A stretch of 64,000 nucleotides of DNA from Lobosporangium transversale (taxonomy: Eukaryota), in assembly GCF_002105155.1 (NCBI RefSeq), contig NW_019029020.1, positions 186,001-250,000 on the forward strand. Reading direction: 5' to 3'. Positions 46,904-59,833 of this stretch are shown one piece after another (positions within the stretch are counted from its first letter, which is position 1; the number at the start of each line of letters is the position of its first letter). The translations under genes and the position numbers were made by a program. The notes beneath the pieces were generated by a model. The model did no database searches, had not been told where the DNA came from, and saw only the letters and a program-made list of their open reading frames with translations.

Positions 46904-47438
46904 ACTATCATAGAGGCAGCCTTGTAACATCGATCGATGTATAGAGTCTACCCACAGAGTGAAAGACAGATTTAAAATAAAGGATTTAAAAAGATAAAAA
47001 TAAAAAATAAAAAGGCTATTGGATATTCAAGGAATTTAAGGATTGAATGATAAATACCAAAAAATAACCACAATAAAATGATGGGTTCATTGAATACACT
47101 AGAGCTTATTATTACGCGGCGGTAGTTGGTGCTGATATTATCAGACTGGCTTGAAGATCGCCAACATTAATTCTATCTATTCCAGCTGTCTGTCTTCACT
47201 TGTTGTTCGGCTTGATGGATTTGTTCAGCAGTTAATGAATAAAAAATTAGACGGGTGGCCCGTTGGCTTCGCTCACGATCGCACCAGTCTAGCGCTTTGC
47301 TCCATACGGCTCATTTACCTCGTTAGGTACCAACCCAACGCCTTTAAAGGCACTCATCTTAGATAGAATCACTGCAAGTAATAAAATTACACAACAACAT
47401 CCCTTGATCTGTTGCAAGTCGAAGTTAGTTTAGATATT

Positions 47439-48153
47439 CATGGGCGGAGGAATGGTATTGCTCGAGCATACTATGATTGTTTCATTTACAAATTTGTGAA
47501 GGAAGAATCGGCACTGATAATATGGAAACCCCTCGCAGTCCTCGCTGCTATCATGATCGGCCTAAACTCCTCGGGCCGCATTTGAGATGACATATGCGCA
47601 AGGCACATCCCACCAATATTTCGGCACCAACTGTATCATGATCAAATACATCACGCATCTACGATAGTATTTTAACTGTGCTAGGACTGATTCCAGGAAA
47701 TTGGTACGGTTGGTACGGTTGGTACGGTGGCAACGTGCACTAGTGGAAGATCTACGAATGCCAACAGCTCCATATCCTAACAATTTGACCTGATACTATT
47801 GTTGTTAGAGACAAAGACTTGAGTCCGCAATCGATTATTTAACAACCATTTTTAGATCAGTGTGGAGATTTGGCAACATTCCTCTAGCAAAATAGGAGCC
47901 TAATGGAAGTAATCACTTGGTGCTTTGTTTATCTTTGGAGGGAATGAAAATGGCAAAAACTGTCAGATGCGTAAAGGAGTAGAGGCAAGTGAATGGTGGT
48001 CATAGTGGTATCGTGATGATATAGCTTGAGGTGTGGGTTTTTGCTGATTTTTATTCTGCTAGTAGAAAATACAGGAAACCGGGTCTGGCCTGCACATGGG
48101 GTTGATGAAGGCTAAATAAGCAAATTTGCCCGTTTTATGCTCCGAGGGATAAA
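47439..48153 (+). repeat. Dispersed repeat, copy B (homologous to 13443-14181); contains (TGGTACGGT)3 at 47702-47728
   Basis: Collinear similarity to copy A with substitutions and indels, same orientation. Confidence 0.85.
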
Positions 48154-48542
48154 CTTAGGGTAATAAAGCCCGAAAGAATGCCGAGATCTTTTAAAGAAGC
48201 CCCCTACTCACCATGTTTACCTTGGCCCTTTGCACCACTGGCTCGTGTCCCATACACTTCTTTTGGTTTTTTAATGCCCTGTTGGATATTCAGGTTATAT
48301 GAACGATCTCGTTCGAAAGCCTGCGGGATATAGGATCGCTGCTGCTACCAGCCATCATCCCTTCACAAAAGGCTTCCGCCATGATACAGACGATACCCCT
48401 GGATTGACCCTGGCTCCACAGCAACATATCAATATATCAACTAAAGGCGTGCATTCGTGGTGGTAGAGAGAATGATTTTTTTATATTAATTTATTTTAAA
48501 TAAAATCTTTGTCCTTTAGTGTCTAGCTCACATATTTCCAGT

Positions 48543-49815
48543 TTACTGCTTCGCCTTAAGCGCCTGCATGGTCTGGAACATGCCGTTGGAATATAGACTC
48601 CGCAGGACTCTCTCTTCTTTTATTCCCATCATCTCTTCGAAACTGGTCTGTGAAATCTGGATCCTGCCAGACATTTCACTTTCCAGTTGCCTCTGCAGTT
48701 GTTGCCGATGGGTGGGCTTTTGTATTTCTGGTCTTTGTCGTGGGACTAGACCTTTTTGTCGCGACCTTGGAGGCTGTTCAATTTCGCTATCGCTATCATC
48801 ATCGTCAGAGGATAGCGATACTGAGGACAGGGTGCCTGTAAATGTTGCAGACGAATTGGAGGATATTGAAGATGCTCTTTTCCTCTTGATCCTAGGGCGG
48901 CTAGATTCAGACAAATTCTCGATGATATCATAGCTTTTAGCGGAGGCGATGTGCTGAAGTTTCCAGTCCACTTCAGATCTTGACCGCGAACTGGCGCGAG
49001 CCCTTTTTTCAGGGCGTCTAAGCTCGTCATCTGACCCTGTAATAGCGGCCGCTTTTGAACGTGGTCTTGGCCTCCTTCCGCCACGAGGTTCATCTTCACT
49101 AACCGCTTTTAGCCGCGGACGGCCTCGTCTCTCAATCCTTTCACCCATTGTTGGCTTTGAGCGCAGCCGACTTCCCCTATCTCCATTTGACTCGTCCTTA
49201 GTCGAGCGCTGTCGGCTCCTTTTTTTCCTGGAGGCATTCGCGTCCTCCTTTGAATTGCTTTCGTTATCATCCTGGCGAATCTTTTGCTGCAATTGCCGAG
49301 ATGCCTTTCTGGCTCCACTGTTGTCTTCAATATTGAGATTTGACTCATATTCTTGATCTTCCATTGCAAATGATTTAATAATGTTGTCACAGATGCCCCC
49401 ACGGTTGCGATCATCATCATCCGGTTGGGTAAACATTAAAGGGAATCGTTTGCGCGTCACTTCTACAGGCATTGACGCTATGTTTGGTGTCACTGCTCCT
49501 AAATCGACTGCAGTTGAAGAATGCACAGTAGTATTCTTTTTTTCACACCAATGACAATGGCAGTTGCCAGTACAGCGCGGACAGACCCAAGGCTCCTTCT
49601 TTGAGACTACATCGGCCCACAAAACATTGTCTCGCCTATACAGACATTTCTCGCATATAGGGGTATTACAGTCTGAACAATATGTATTTACAAATTTGGC
49701 GTTCCTGTTTCTACAGCGGTGACATATCTTAATAGAGAGACCATAAAGAATAATAATAAAAAATAAAATAAAAAAATAAAAAAATAAAAAAAAGATTTAG
49801 AGATTAGTAACTCGA

Positions 49816-49849
<34 letters not shown>

Positions 49850-52202
49850 ATAGAACTATGAATACCTTGAGTGCTTGCCTCAGCCGCTGCTGCCTCAAAT
49901 ATGCTACGGTAGTGAAGGAACAGCTCTTGTCCAGTGCTGGATTTATTCTAAACAAGCAGTCGGATGTCAGTATTATTAAATTGCTTCGTATCTCTTTTCA
50001 AAAAATAAAATAAAATAAAATAAAAAAACATCTCTGTACCATTCACTACATACCCATTGGCCCAAGCATCTATAATAGGGTCATGCCCAGAGCAGCCAGC
50101 TAGAACCTGTGACTGATTCCAGGCCTTAATCGCCTCGGTGTTAAGACGTTGGCAGGAAGATATCGAAAATGCCTCCACAAACTCCATCGATGTCGCTCTA
50201 TGAATACATCCGCGTCCGAGGCTGTAACATCGTGTACAGATATCGTAGGCATCGCTATTATGTGTGCACTTCGAGCAATGAAACTGGCGATTCCATATAT
50301 CCGTATTACAGAAATCGCATACTGCAGGCGCAGGATTTTGAAGTCTCCTTGGCTTTTTAAATTTGATGTCGATTGAGTGTTTTTTCGCCAAAAAGAACAT
50401 GTCAACCCATTCATCTTCGACAATAGTTTGAAAAAGTTGCACAATATCCTTGAAAGATTGGCAGAACTGCTCTTTAGGCAACGGTAATTGGGTAGATTGG
50501 GATTTGAGTAGATCAGTCCAAGCTTCCAATGCGCCTTTGATGATAGTCCGAATCCTATATCCTTCCGGACGCCCTATCCTAATAGTGGGGAATAGAAGAT
50601 GTCAAGATAAAGTTTAGACAAGGAAAGATGCACATGAACTGCGAATGAGTTTTTTTTTATAGCAACATTCCATACTCTCTGTATCGAGGTAAGACAACAT
50701 TGACCGCGGCTTTTAGGCAGTTTGCAGTGAGTCTGTTCCATGACACCTTGATGGTAGCTTTACCCTATGGGCGAAACATTCAAAAGAAGTGCCACATTCA
50801 GTTCCATGGTATATGAGCATGATTCATTTATAAAACTAGAGCGATGGTAGAACAAGGGACGTACTAGGTTGACAACTTGATGGTAACCGAGTGAAGGAAC
50901 CATAACAAAATCTCCTGCCTTTTGCTCGACTACAAAAATTGGGAAAGTTGCCTGGCGCAGTTGTTCCACGGATGCAAAGTAACTTTCATATTCCATCGTG
51001 TACCCAAAAGATCGCCATAGTTCCTCTGCTTTTTCCTTATCTTCTGCTCTAATCATGAACCATATAGCAGAAGAATCTAAAAAGTATAACAAAGCCACCG
51101 TTAATATACAGGGTCAAGTCCATCGTGTTTAGCAACAATATAGTGACAACTGCGAAGGCGATCTAATACCATCGTCTGCCCATGTCATGATGTTATGCCC
51201 AATGGCGCCGCACTGATCGATATGACAAGGTGTCCATGTCCCAGCTTGTCCAATGTAAATCATTAAATTCTCTGCTGCAACTTCCGGATTTAGCGTGTTC
51301 AAATCATTTTCGCGTAAATAACCTAGATGCTGCGGTAGGATATCTGCCATCAGAAATAAACGCCAGTCCTCAGGACAAGTCACATCCTTGGCGTACAAAA
51401 GGGAATTTTCTTTGGACTGTAATGATTTGGTGCCTTTGCTTGTTCTTTCATTTGTGGATGTGGCGCTAGCCATATTCAATCCAACGGATTTTGCTAAATT
51501 GGTGGCAACCGATACGTCACTCGTAGCGCATAATTTTGTCGATAGTGTCGTTGTCTTTGATGAAACAAATGATAAAAGCGAATCTATGCTCATATCGCCA
51601 TTGACAACCGCCTCAGTCTGATCTGATTTATGTGTCTCCATGTCAGTATCCTTGTCAGATAACAACCCGATATCGCCACCAATCGATGTCTCATCCATAT
51701 GCATAGGCTTTGGGAAGTTTGAGTTGCTTACACTCGAATTCAAACTCTCAGCGTGGACTGTTTGTATATACTCCAGCATGGACATTGAAACATCCTGTGC
51801 ACAGTAAAGGTCACGACAAAGAATCACTATAAATATGCAAGACAATAACACTGTCTGGTTATTTTGATGCATGCATATGAGACAAGCAGCGAAAAAATAT
51901 AAATCGTACGACTAGCGAGATATATTACCATTTTTGCCATAGGTGTCAGCAAGGTATGGAAACGTGAACAACTCTGCCCTCCACTTCGAGTGTTTGTGCC
52001 AATTCTCAAGAACAACTGGAGTGCCGCTTTCAACGACAATGGTTTCAACCTCATGTCTGATATCCACTCCTTCGTCTCTGACATCAACACGTTTAACAGG
52101 CACAAAAGGGAAACCTAAGGACATGATTTGCTGATAATCCATTGATTCTAAATCAATGCCGGACTGCATCTGGATGTCATTGTTGACTGCTTGTTGCATC
52201 AT
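48543..52202 (-). CDS. JmjC-domain protein with ZZ-like and zf-4CXXC_R1-like zinc fingers (putative chromatin demethylase/hydroxylase)
   Basis: Exons 52202-51927, 51826-51170, 51076-50865, 50764-50676, 50578-50054, 49947-49866, 49727-48543. JmjC motifs YAKDVTCP, ENLMIYIG..GTWTPCHIDQC, QKAGDFVMVPSLGYHQVVN (HxD...H intact); Cys clusters CDFC..CSKC..CTRC and CHRC..CSDC..CEKC..CPRC..CHCHWC. Confidence 0.87.
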
Positions 52203-52345
52203 TCTTAAAAAAAAAAAGGGGGCAGCCTCTATATTAAAATGTTGTTGCTATTGTTGTTTTTATTGATATTCCAATGCTGAGAATACTAAGTATTTTTTTG
52301 ACCAAGGCAAGTCCTCCACGTGTGTCGCAATGTCGAAGGAATAAG

Positions 52346-52443
52346 TGTGAAATGTGAAAGAGAATGAATTTAAAAGTAAGAGCGGTGGCAAATTTGTGAA
52401 ATGTGAAAGAGAATGAATTTAAAAGCAAGAGCGGTGGCAAATT
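52346..52443. repeat. 49-bp tandem duplication (1 mismatch) in the divergent JmjC/DDX42 promoter
   Basis: tgtgaaatgtgaaagagaatgaatttaaaag(t/c)aagagcggtggcaaatt at 52346-52394 and 52395-52443. Confidence 0.95.
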
Positions 52444-52581
52444 TAAACGTTTGACAGTTGACTTGTGACAGCTGTTCTGAAATCTAAATCCGCTTTTAAC
52501 CCCTTAAGGTGTCTCACGTCGTAACTCGTAGGCCAAGCAAATCAATTTGTGCTTTTCATTTCATTCTTCAAGGCCACCATC

Positions 52582-53307
52582 ATGAACAATAACAAACGAG
52601 GCATCAACATAAGTCTTGGAAGTGGATCCAACATTGGCAACAAGCCCAATCCTTTCGCTCGTGCTCAAGCTTCTTCCCAGCCACAGCCGCCTTCTGCTAA
52701 GGCGGCTTTAGGGTTCGAGGAAGACGGAGGCGACAGCGACGGCTCTGGACCTCCTAAACGGAAGCTAGTAAAATTGGATCACAATGTGGAAGATGAAAGG
52801 CACGGTTATCAATCTATCGCTCAGAGTAGACGGGGCGATGACGATGATGATGACGCATTTACAAAGTTAGCTACAAAAGTACATCCGACAGCACCTCCTA
52901 AAAAGATTCTCATAAATGAGGATGATGAAGACGATGCTTTTTCACGCCTCGAAGCAAAGAAGGGTACCCTTTTCTTTTGTTCCCAACCTTTTAAAAAAAC
53001 ATAATAATTGATTTATTTTATAAACTGAGGTTCTGATATCAACTACATTGTCGTTATTCCTAAGAAGTTGAAAAGAAGGAGCAGGAAATACAAGCCGAAG
53101 ACGAAGAGGATGATCCATTAGATGCTTTCATGGCGGATATCGACACAAAGGTCAAGGAAGAAGCGGAAAAGCCTTCTGAAGAAAAGGTATCGTACGCCGC
53201 TCTTTCGATATCGGTGCATCTAGTTTAATTACCCTTGTATCTACACGAAACATGTTCTAAAGATCTCTTTGTCCCTCTCCATGTTCACTCAATTGTTTTT
53301 TAATCTG

Positions 53308-53343
<36 letters not shown>

Positions 53344-56337
53344 TTCGTCGTGATGATATTGAAGACGAAGATTATATGGAAAGCTATATGAACCACTTGA
53401 AAAAGAAGGGAATTACCATAGGACAAGGTGGGCCTGTAATGGAACGAAACGAGGTGAGTCATTAAAAAGACCACTCTATTAATTTGCATTTGGTTACATG
53501 ACTTGGTGGAACTAATGCATGACCATTCTTCGATCTAGGACGTCGACTCGGATGAAGAGGTCTATGCCACAGCCAGGGCAATCGACAATGCAGCAGAAGC
53601 ACAGTATGTCTGGGAAACGACGTTAACGAGAGTGGTGACTGCAGGAGGGAGTCCATGGCAAACAGTTCAATTGATCTCGCTTCACACGCTTTAGATATGA
53701 TCCAGACGATATGTCATATGATCCACAAGCCAAGAAAGAGATTACTCCTTTACCAAGAATGGATCACTCGAAACAGAACTACATCGAAATTGAAAAATGT
53801 TTTTACGAGGAACACGAGGACATTGCTAAGCTCTCTGAAGATCAAGTGAGACAAATTAGATTAGACCTCGGTAAGCGGATGGTTTGAAGGGTGGGGGGCT
53901 AGTCTTTTTTTTTTTTTTTTTTTTTTTAAATAATTATTTGACTTGGTACAAAGGCGTCGACTAAAACTGTTTCGATAATATTTAAAAAGATATGAGAGTA
54001 TCCGGGGCTGATGTAGCCAAACCATGCATATCCTTTGCACACTTCGGGTTTGAGGAAGAACTTATGGAAACTATTCGACGAGCTGGATATTCAGAACCCA
54101 GTGGGATCCAGCGTCAAGCTATTCCTGTTGCTTTATCTGGACGCGACATTATTGGTATTGCAAAGACTGGATCTGGGAAGACTGCGGCATTTTTACTGCC
54201 TATGATTGTGCATATTATGGATCAAGCAGAGCTTGAAAAGGGAGATGGGCCAATTGGAGTCGTACTTGCGCCTACAAGAGAGCTTGCTGATCAAATTTAT
54301 AGCGAAGCAAAGCGATTTGCCAAGGCTTATGGGCTACGCGTTGCGGTGGTCTACGGAGGTGCGAGTAAGCAGGACCAGTTCAAGACTCTACGATCTGGAG
54401 TTGAAATCGTGGTTGCAACGCCAGGCCGACTGATTGACATGATCAAAATCAAGGCGACAAATTTTAGGCGTACATCCTATTTGGTGCTGGATGAGGCTGA
54501 TCGCGTTTTTGATCTTGGATTTGGTACGCTCGAGGGCTTTTCAAAAAGTGTAAGCTGATGACACCCTTCACCTAATTACTAACCAAAACTATGGGGGAAT
54601 TTGGTTTTTATTTCCTCCTTGCAGAGCCTCAGGTCCGGTCCATCTGTGATAACATTCGTCCCGACCGCCAAACCCTACTTTTCAGCGCGACATTTCAAAA
54701 GCGTGTTGAGAAGTTGGCAAGAGAAGTAATGACTGATCCTGTGCGAATATCCATTGGGAATGTGGGCCAGGTACGAAAACACTGTGCTATTTGGAGGCAC
54801 TACAACTTGATATTTCAACCATGTCTCTTTCTGACGTCTTATTTCGCAATTACATAGATCAATTCGGATGTTACTCAAGTAATTCAGATTCTAAAGGATG
54901 ACACTCTCAAATGGAACTGGCTGATGGAACGTCTTCAGAATTTTGAAGCTTGTAAGTCGTCTACGGTCTGAATTGGATTCGGGTGATTATTGCATAGGCT
55001 AATTAAATGATTTCTCTTCAATGGACTAGCGGGAAGCGTCCTCATCTTTGTCTCAAGAAAGAATGGTGTGGTTGAGCTTACAGAGAACCTCAAGAAAGAA
55101 GGCGTCAAGTGTAAGTTCTTTGTAATTTTAGTCTTTGACCTAGCCGAAGGGGATTCACTCATGATGTACTTATTTTGTGCATCATTATAATCTCGGTAAT
55201 CTTTTAGGCGAGTGCTTGCATGGTGATATGCTGCAACATGAACGTGACAAGGCTGTTCATGACTATAAAAACAAGCTTTTCCCAACCCTCATTGCTACTG
55301 ATGTAGCTGCGCGTGGTTTGGATATTAAATCAATTCGCACGGTTATCAACTTTGATGTTGCAAGAGACATTGACTCCCATGTTCATCGAGTTGGTAGAAC
55401 GGGGCGAGCAGGAGAAAAGGGAACAGCATATACACTCATTACAGAAAAAGATGACCGCTTTGCTGGAGATTTGGTCCGTAACCTGGAGGAGTTTGGCCAG
55501 ACTGTTTCTCCTGATCTGATGAAGATTGCGATGCAGAACTCAAGATTCAGGAAATCTAGGCAGTTTATGGGAGGCCAGAGGGGTGAAAGAGGAAGTCGTG
55601 GGAGCCATGGTGGCAGAGGCCGTGGAGGCCATGGTGGGCGTGGGGGACGCGGAGGCGGACAAGGTGGACGATTCCATTCGTCCGACCAAAGCCAAGAGTA
55701 CTCATACTCGTCATCTTCGAATACCACTCCACTCGGAGTCGATCGGCGTCACCAAAGCCACTCGTCAAGTGGAGCGCGACGTGAGTTTGCCTCTGGTGGC
55801 TCAGGCTATCGTATCTCTGGATTTCACAAGGCATCACGACCAGAGACAGGTGCCCAGGAGCCCGAACACACTACCGCAACTTTAAGTCCAGCGGTTAAAA
55901 GCGATCCATCTAGATTGTCGCCCAATATTTCGTCATACAACGTTAGGCCATCTCAGTCCCCTCCTGCACCACAGCGCTCAACGCAGCAAGGGCGGCAACT
56001 GCCTCAACAACCTCCACCTCCCCCACAACAAATACCTGGCTATGGACACCCGCCGCCACATCATCGACCACCGTACGGGCAGCATTCTACTCAAAATCAG
56101 CACCCTCCTCCTCCTCGACCTCCAGGATTTCCATATCAAGGTCATCCTCCACCCCCGCCTCCTCCAGGATATCCTTTCCATCCCCCGCCCCAGAATAATT
56201 TTAACAATCATCATAATCAACAACAACCACCTTTCCCTCCACCATCACATCTTTACCGCCCATCTCCACCACAATCTCATCCCCCACAGAACACTACACG
56301 ACCTCCTCCAAATTATGACCGCAACAGACGGTATTAG
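52582..56337 (+). CDS. DDX42: DEAD-box RNA helicase, DDX42 (SF3b125)-like, with RGG and Pro-rich tail
   Basis: Exons 52582-52963, 53065-53186, 53343-53453, 53539-53603, 53695-53870, 53990-54523, 54625-54770, 54858-54951, 55030-55110, 55208-56337. Motifs [54 protein letters not shown]. Confidence 0.88.
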
Positions 56338-56345
56338 GCTATGTA

Positions 56346-56393
<48 letters not shown>

Positions 56394-57134
56394 ATGAAAA
56401 TATACGCTCATGGACTGTTTGATTTACTCTGTCCACTACTGTGGATTGCGCTTGAGCAATGCAGCTAAATTGATGATATGAAAGATTAGTAATAAAAGAA
56501 GTTTGGAACTAAGAGCATGAGAGAAGAGAAGCAAAGAAACAGATGACAAAGCAAGATGAAGATGAAAGAATCATCTATTAGAATGTTTGCTTATTTGTTT
56601 TGGACAATAGAAGGACGGTTAAGCACCACAAGTGTTTATTGACAGAAAGACTCGGAGCAGACAAAGAACTGTTTACATTTGATAAAAAAGAAAGATCGAA
56701 ATGCAGGGGCACACGCAAATCGCATGGCGCGCGATAACGCCATTAGTGACTTGCAATCTTGTTTTGGAAAAATATGAACCCGCTCATTGGCAGTGAAGCG
56801 GGGCGCGGTATCTGAAGGTTACGGAGATGCATGTCCCTTCTATGAATTTTCACTGCGCGTTGTCACACAGACAAACAATACAATTCCCAATAGACTTGCC
56901 AAATCCATTTATGACATTCTCTCCACATTTCCTACACACGAACAAATATACTATACTCACTCATATACGTCTTCATCCAGACCCTCTATCCTCTCCCTTC
57001 CTCTACTTTTTTTTTTTTTTTTCTCCTTTTTTTTTCTTTACAACCTTCTTTCTCTCAATAGGACCCTCAAGCTCTTTTTTCTTTTTTTACTCTCCCTCTC
57101 TTTCTTTGGATTCATTTGCCATTTCGAGCACATC

Positions 57135-57555
57135 ATGTCTGGTAAGAAGTTGTCCTTCTCGGAATGGGAATGTAATCTTTAGGACATGCATTTGGTTTGA
57201 ATGCATACGGCTGACACAAGGAACTCAGTAGAAAGTTGGCAATATACCTTTTTATTTATATTTTCGGGATCCACCTTCTTTATACTGCATGATCAATCGA
57301 TCAACAAAACATTGATCTGCTTCTAAAAATCCTTCAATGTTGTGGGATCCCCCACTTCTTGATCTGATCTTCCATTTCCGGTCCTTAGCACTCAAATTCG
57401 CCGCAGAGAGAGCTGTCGCTATTCACGCTGTCTTGACCGCAAGTAAGGTTTGTCAACGTGTCTTCACAAAGCTTGTCAATGGCGAAACCATCACCAAGAA
57501 GGATAAGTCTCCTGTTACTAGTAAGTTGTTCTTTCTATTTCTTTTTACCAGCAAG

Positions 57556-57588
<33 letters not shown>

Positions 57589-58042
57589 CTTTTTCTACCG
57601 TTTACTGATCTAACTGATATTTTTATATTCATCCTACAATATGTAGTCGCGGATTTTAGTGCACAGGCAGTCATCAACACTTTCCTGCACAACTCCTTCC
57701 CAGCAGATCCAATCGTTGGTGAGGAGGATTCGAAAGATCTTAGGGGTGAAGAGGGTCGTCCAATGCGGGAAAAAGTCTTGGAACTTGCCAATTCTGGTCT
57801 TGATTCACCATTGACGGAAGAAACGGTATGTTGGACCGATCATCTTTATTTATTTTTATTTCTATTTGCTTCCGCGATCTGCATCATCCTTCCCATTCAG
57901 ATCAATTCACAAAACTGGACCGACACATATGTCTGCTGGGCCTGATTTTTTGATGAACGTGATTGAGGCAAAGGCGAAGGATCCTACATACGAATAGACA
58001 GAACTTGTAGAGAACAGGACCTACCCTGTTGGTTGCAGGTTG

Positions 58043-58077
<35 letters not shown>

Positions 58078-59226
58078 AGAGAGAAGGGGGAAACAAAGGA
58101 AGACTGCGACTGTTTAGTAATAATCTATTCCGACAATCAAGGTTAAAGTCATATCTAATTTCACCATTTGATTTGAGAATGATGAACTTTATGACAAAAA
58201 AAAAAAAAAAAGAAAGAAACACATTGATGAGGGTGAAGAAAAACATTGGTCAGGTTGTGCATACTTTAACGAAATACTTAGTAGATCGCTTGCAGTATGA
58301 ACCATTATCCTGATCCACATGAATGTTTTTTTTTTTTTCTTTGTTTGTTCCTCGCGAAATTTCTTTGATTATAGCTCATCGAGGCGATAGATCGTGGCAT
58401 GTATGCAGGTGGCGCTCATGGACGTATGTGGGCTTTGGATCCGATCGATGGCACAAAAGGATTTCTAAGAGGTGAACAATTCGCAGTATGCTTGGCGCTG
58501 ATTGTTGATGGTCAAGTCGAACTTGGAGTGATGGGTTGCCCCAACCTTCCTGTCGATGTCAAAGATCAGAACGGTGAGAAGGGATGTCTCTTTATTACTG
58601 TGAAAGGGCAGGGTGCCTTCCAGGTATGTAGCCTTTGCTTCTATATTCTCACCCATTATTTTTTTGTTTGTTTGTTTTATCTGGTGTAGGACCTTCGTCC
58701 AAAGAACAATACGTTTTCTAATTTTTTTTTTTTTTTTTTTCGATTTTACAACTTTGTATCACTATTATGGGTTTTCTAGCGCAACTTTTCATCATTAACA
58801 GAGACCCCAATCTCCATGAGTGCGATTCAAAGCCTGAATGATGCCAGCTTCTGTGAAAGTGTTGAGAGTGGACATTCGAACCAGAGTGACTCTGCTCGGA
58901 TTGCACATCTCCTCGGTATTACGAAACCTCCTGTACGCATGGACAGCCAGTGCAAGTACTCTACCTTAGCTCGTGGCGATGCTGAGGTCTACTTGAGGCT
59001 TCCTGTGAATGCAACATACGAAGAAAAGATTTGGGATCATGCTACAGGAAGTTTATTGGTTTCCGAGGCAGGTGGCATCGTATCAGACATTCATGGCAAG
59101 CCTTTGGATTTCTCAAAAGGCAGGACCTTGGCGACTAATTCGGGCGTAGTTGCTGCACATGCAAAGATCCATAACAAAGTCATTGAAGCCGTTCAAAAGG
59201 TGCTCTTTCCAGATGGAAAATTGTAA
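57135..59226 (+). CDS. MET22: 3'(2'),5'-bisphosphate nucleotidase (PAP phosphatase, HAL2/MET22 family)
   Basis: Exons 57135-57141, 57389-57520, 57647-57825, 58375-58623, 58780-59226. Motifs KKDKSPVTIADF, IVGEED, WALDPIDGTKGFLRG, CESVESGHS, RMDSQCKY, EKIWDHA. Confidence 0.94.
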
Positions 59227-59779
59227 TGCTCTTTCATGATGATAGGAAGCTGTTTTGATGATTAGGATGCAGGACGTTTAAAAACGAATGCGGCGCTGAA
59301 TCCAGAGGACTGAGTGTGTTTAAGATTACTTTTTGCTTTTATACTACTTTTCACCACGATAATTGCTTTTGACTCCAATATAGAGTTGTTTTTTTTCTTA
59401 TTTGTTCTATTGTTTGCATTAAAAAAAATATTAAAAAAAAAAAAATTGCCCTTAATTTAGGGCGGCATCAAAGGAAGCAAAAAAATAAAATTCAGAACGC
59501 GAGATCACGCGGGTGGAATGAAGGGTACACAAAGTCCCTTTTTTCTTCCTTTTGCAATGGCTTTTTTACTCACGCTTCCAAGCTGACATTTGAGAGCTGA
59601 GAATGGTGAACCACTTCCCTAACTTGTGTAAGGATGGAGTTACTCATTCTCATTTAGATACATCACATCAACCACATCAATTGTTGAGTTGGGGGAAACC
59701 ATCTTTTTACTTTATAATGACTAAAATATAAAGACTAGGAGGAAGGATATGAATATAAAACTTGAAGCTTCATAAACTT

Positions 59780-59814
<35 letters not shown>

Positions 59815-59833
59815 GTTATAATGGTTTGGTTCT

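Noticed and set aside
57135..57141. 7-nt first coding exon of MET22
   Set aside because: It is a first exon and presumably carries 5' UTR, so it is not a true microexon.
42462..59226. Possible sulfur-metabolism cluster (MetR-type bZIP and MET22, plus the FMOs)
   Set aside because: Genes are 13 kb or more apart with unrelated housekeeping genes between; no convincing shared motif.
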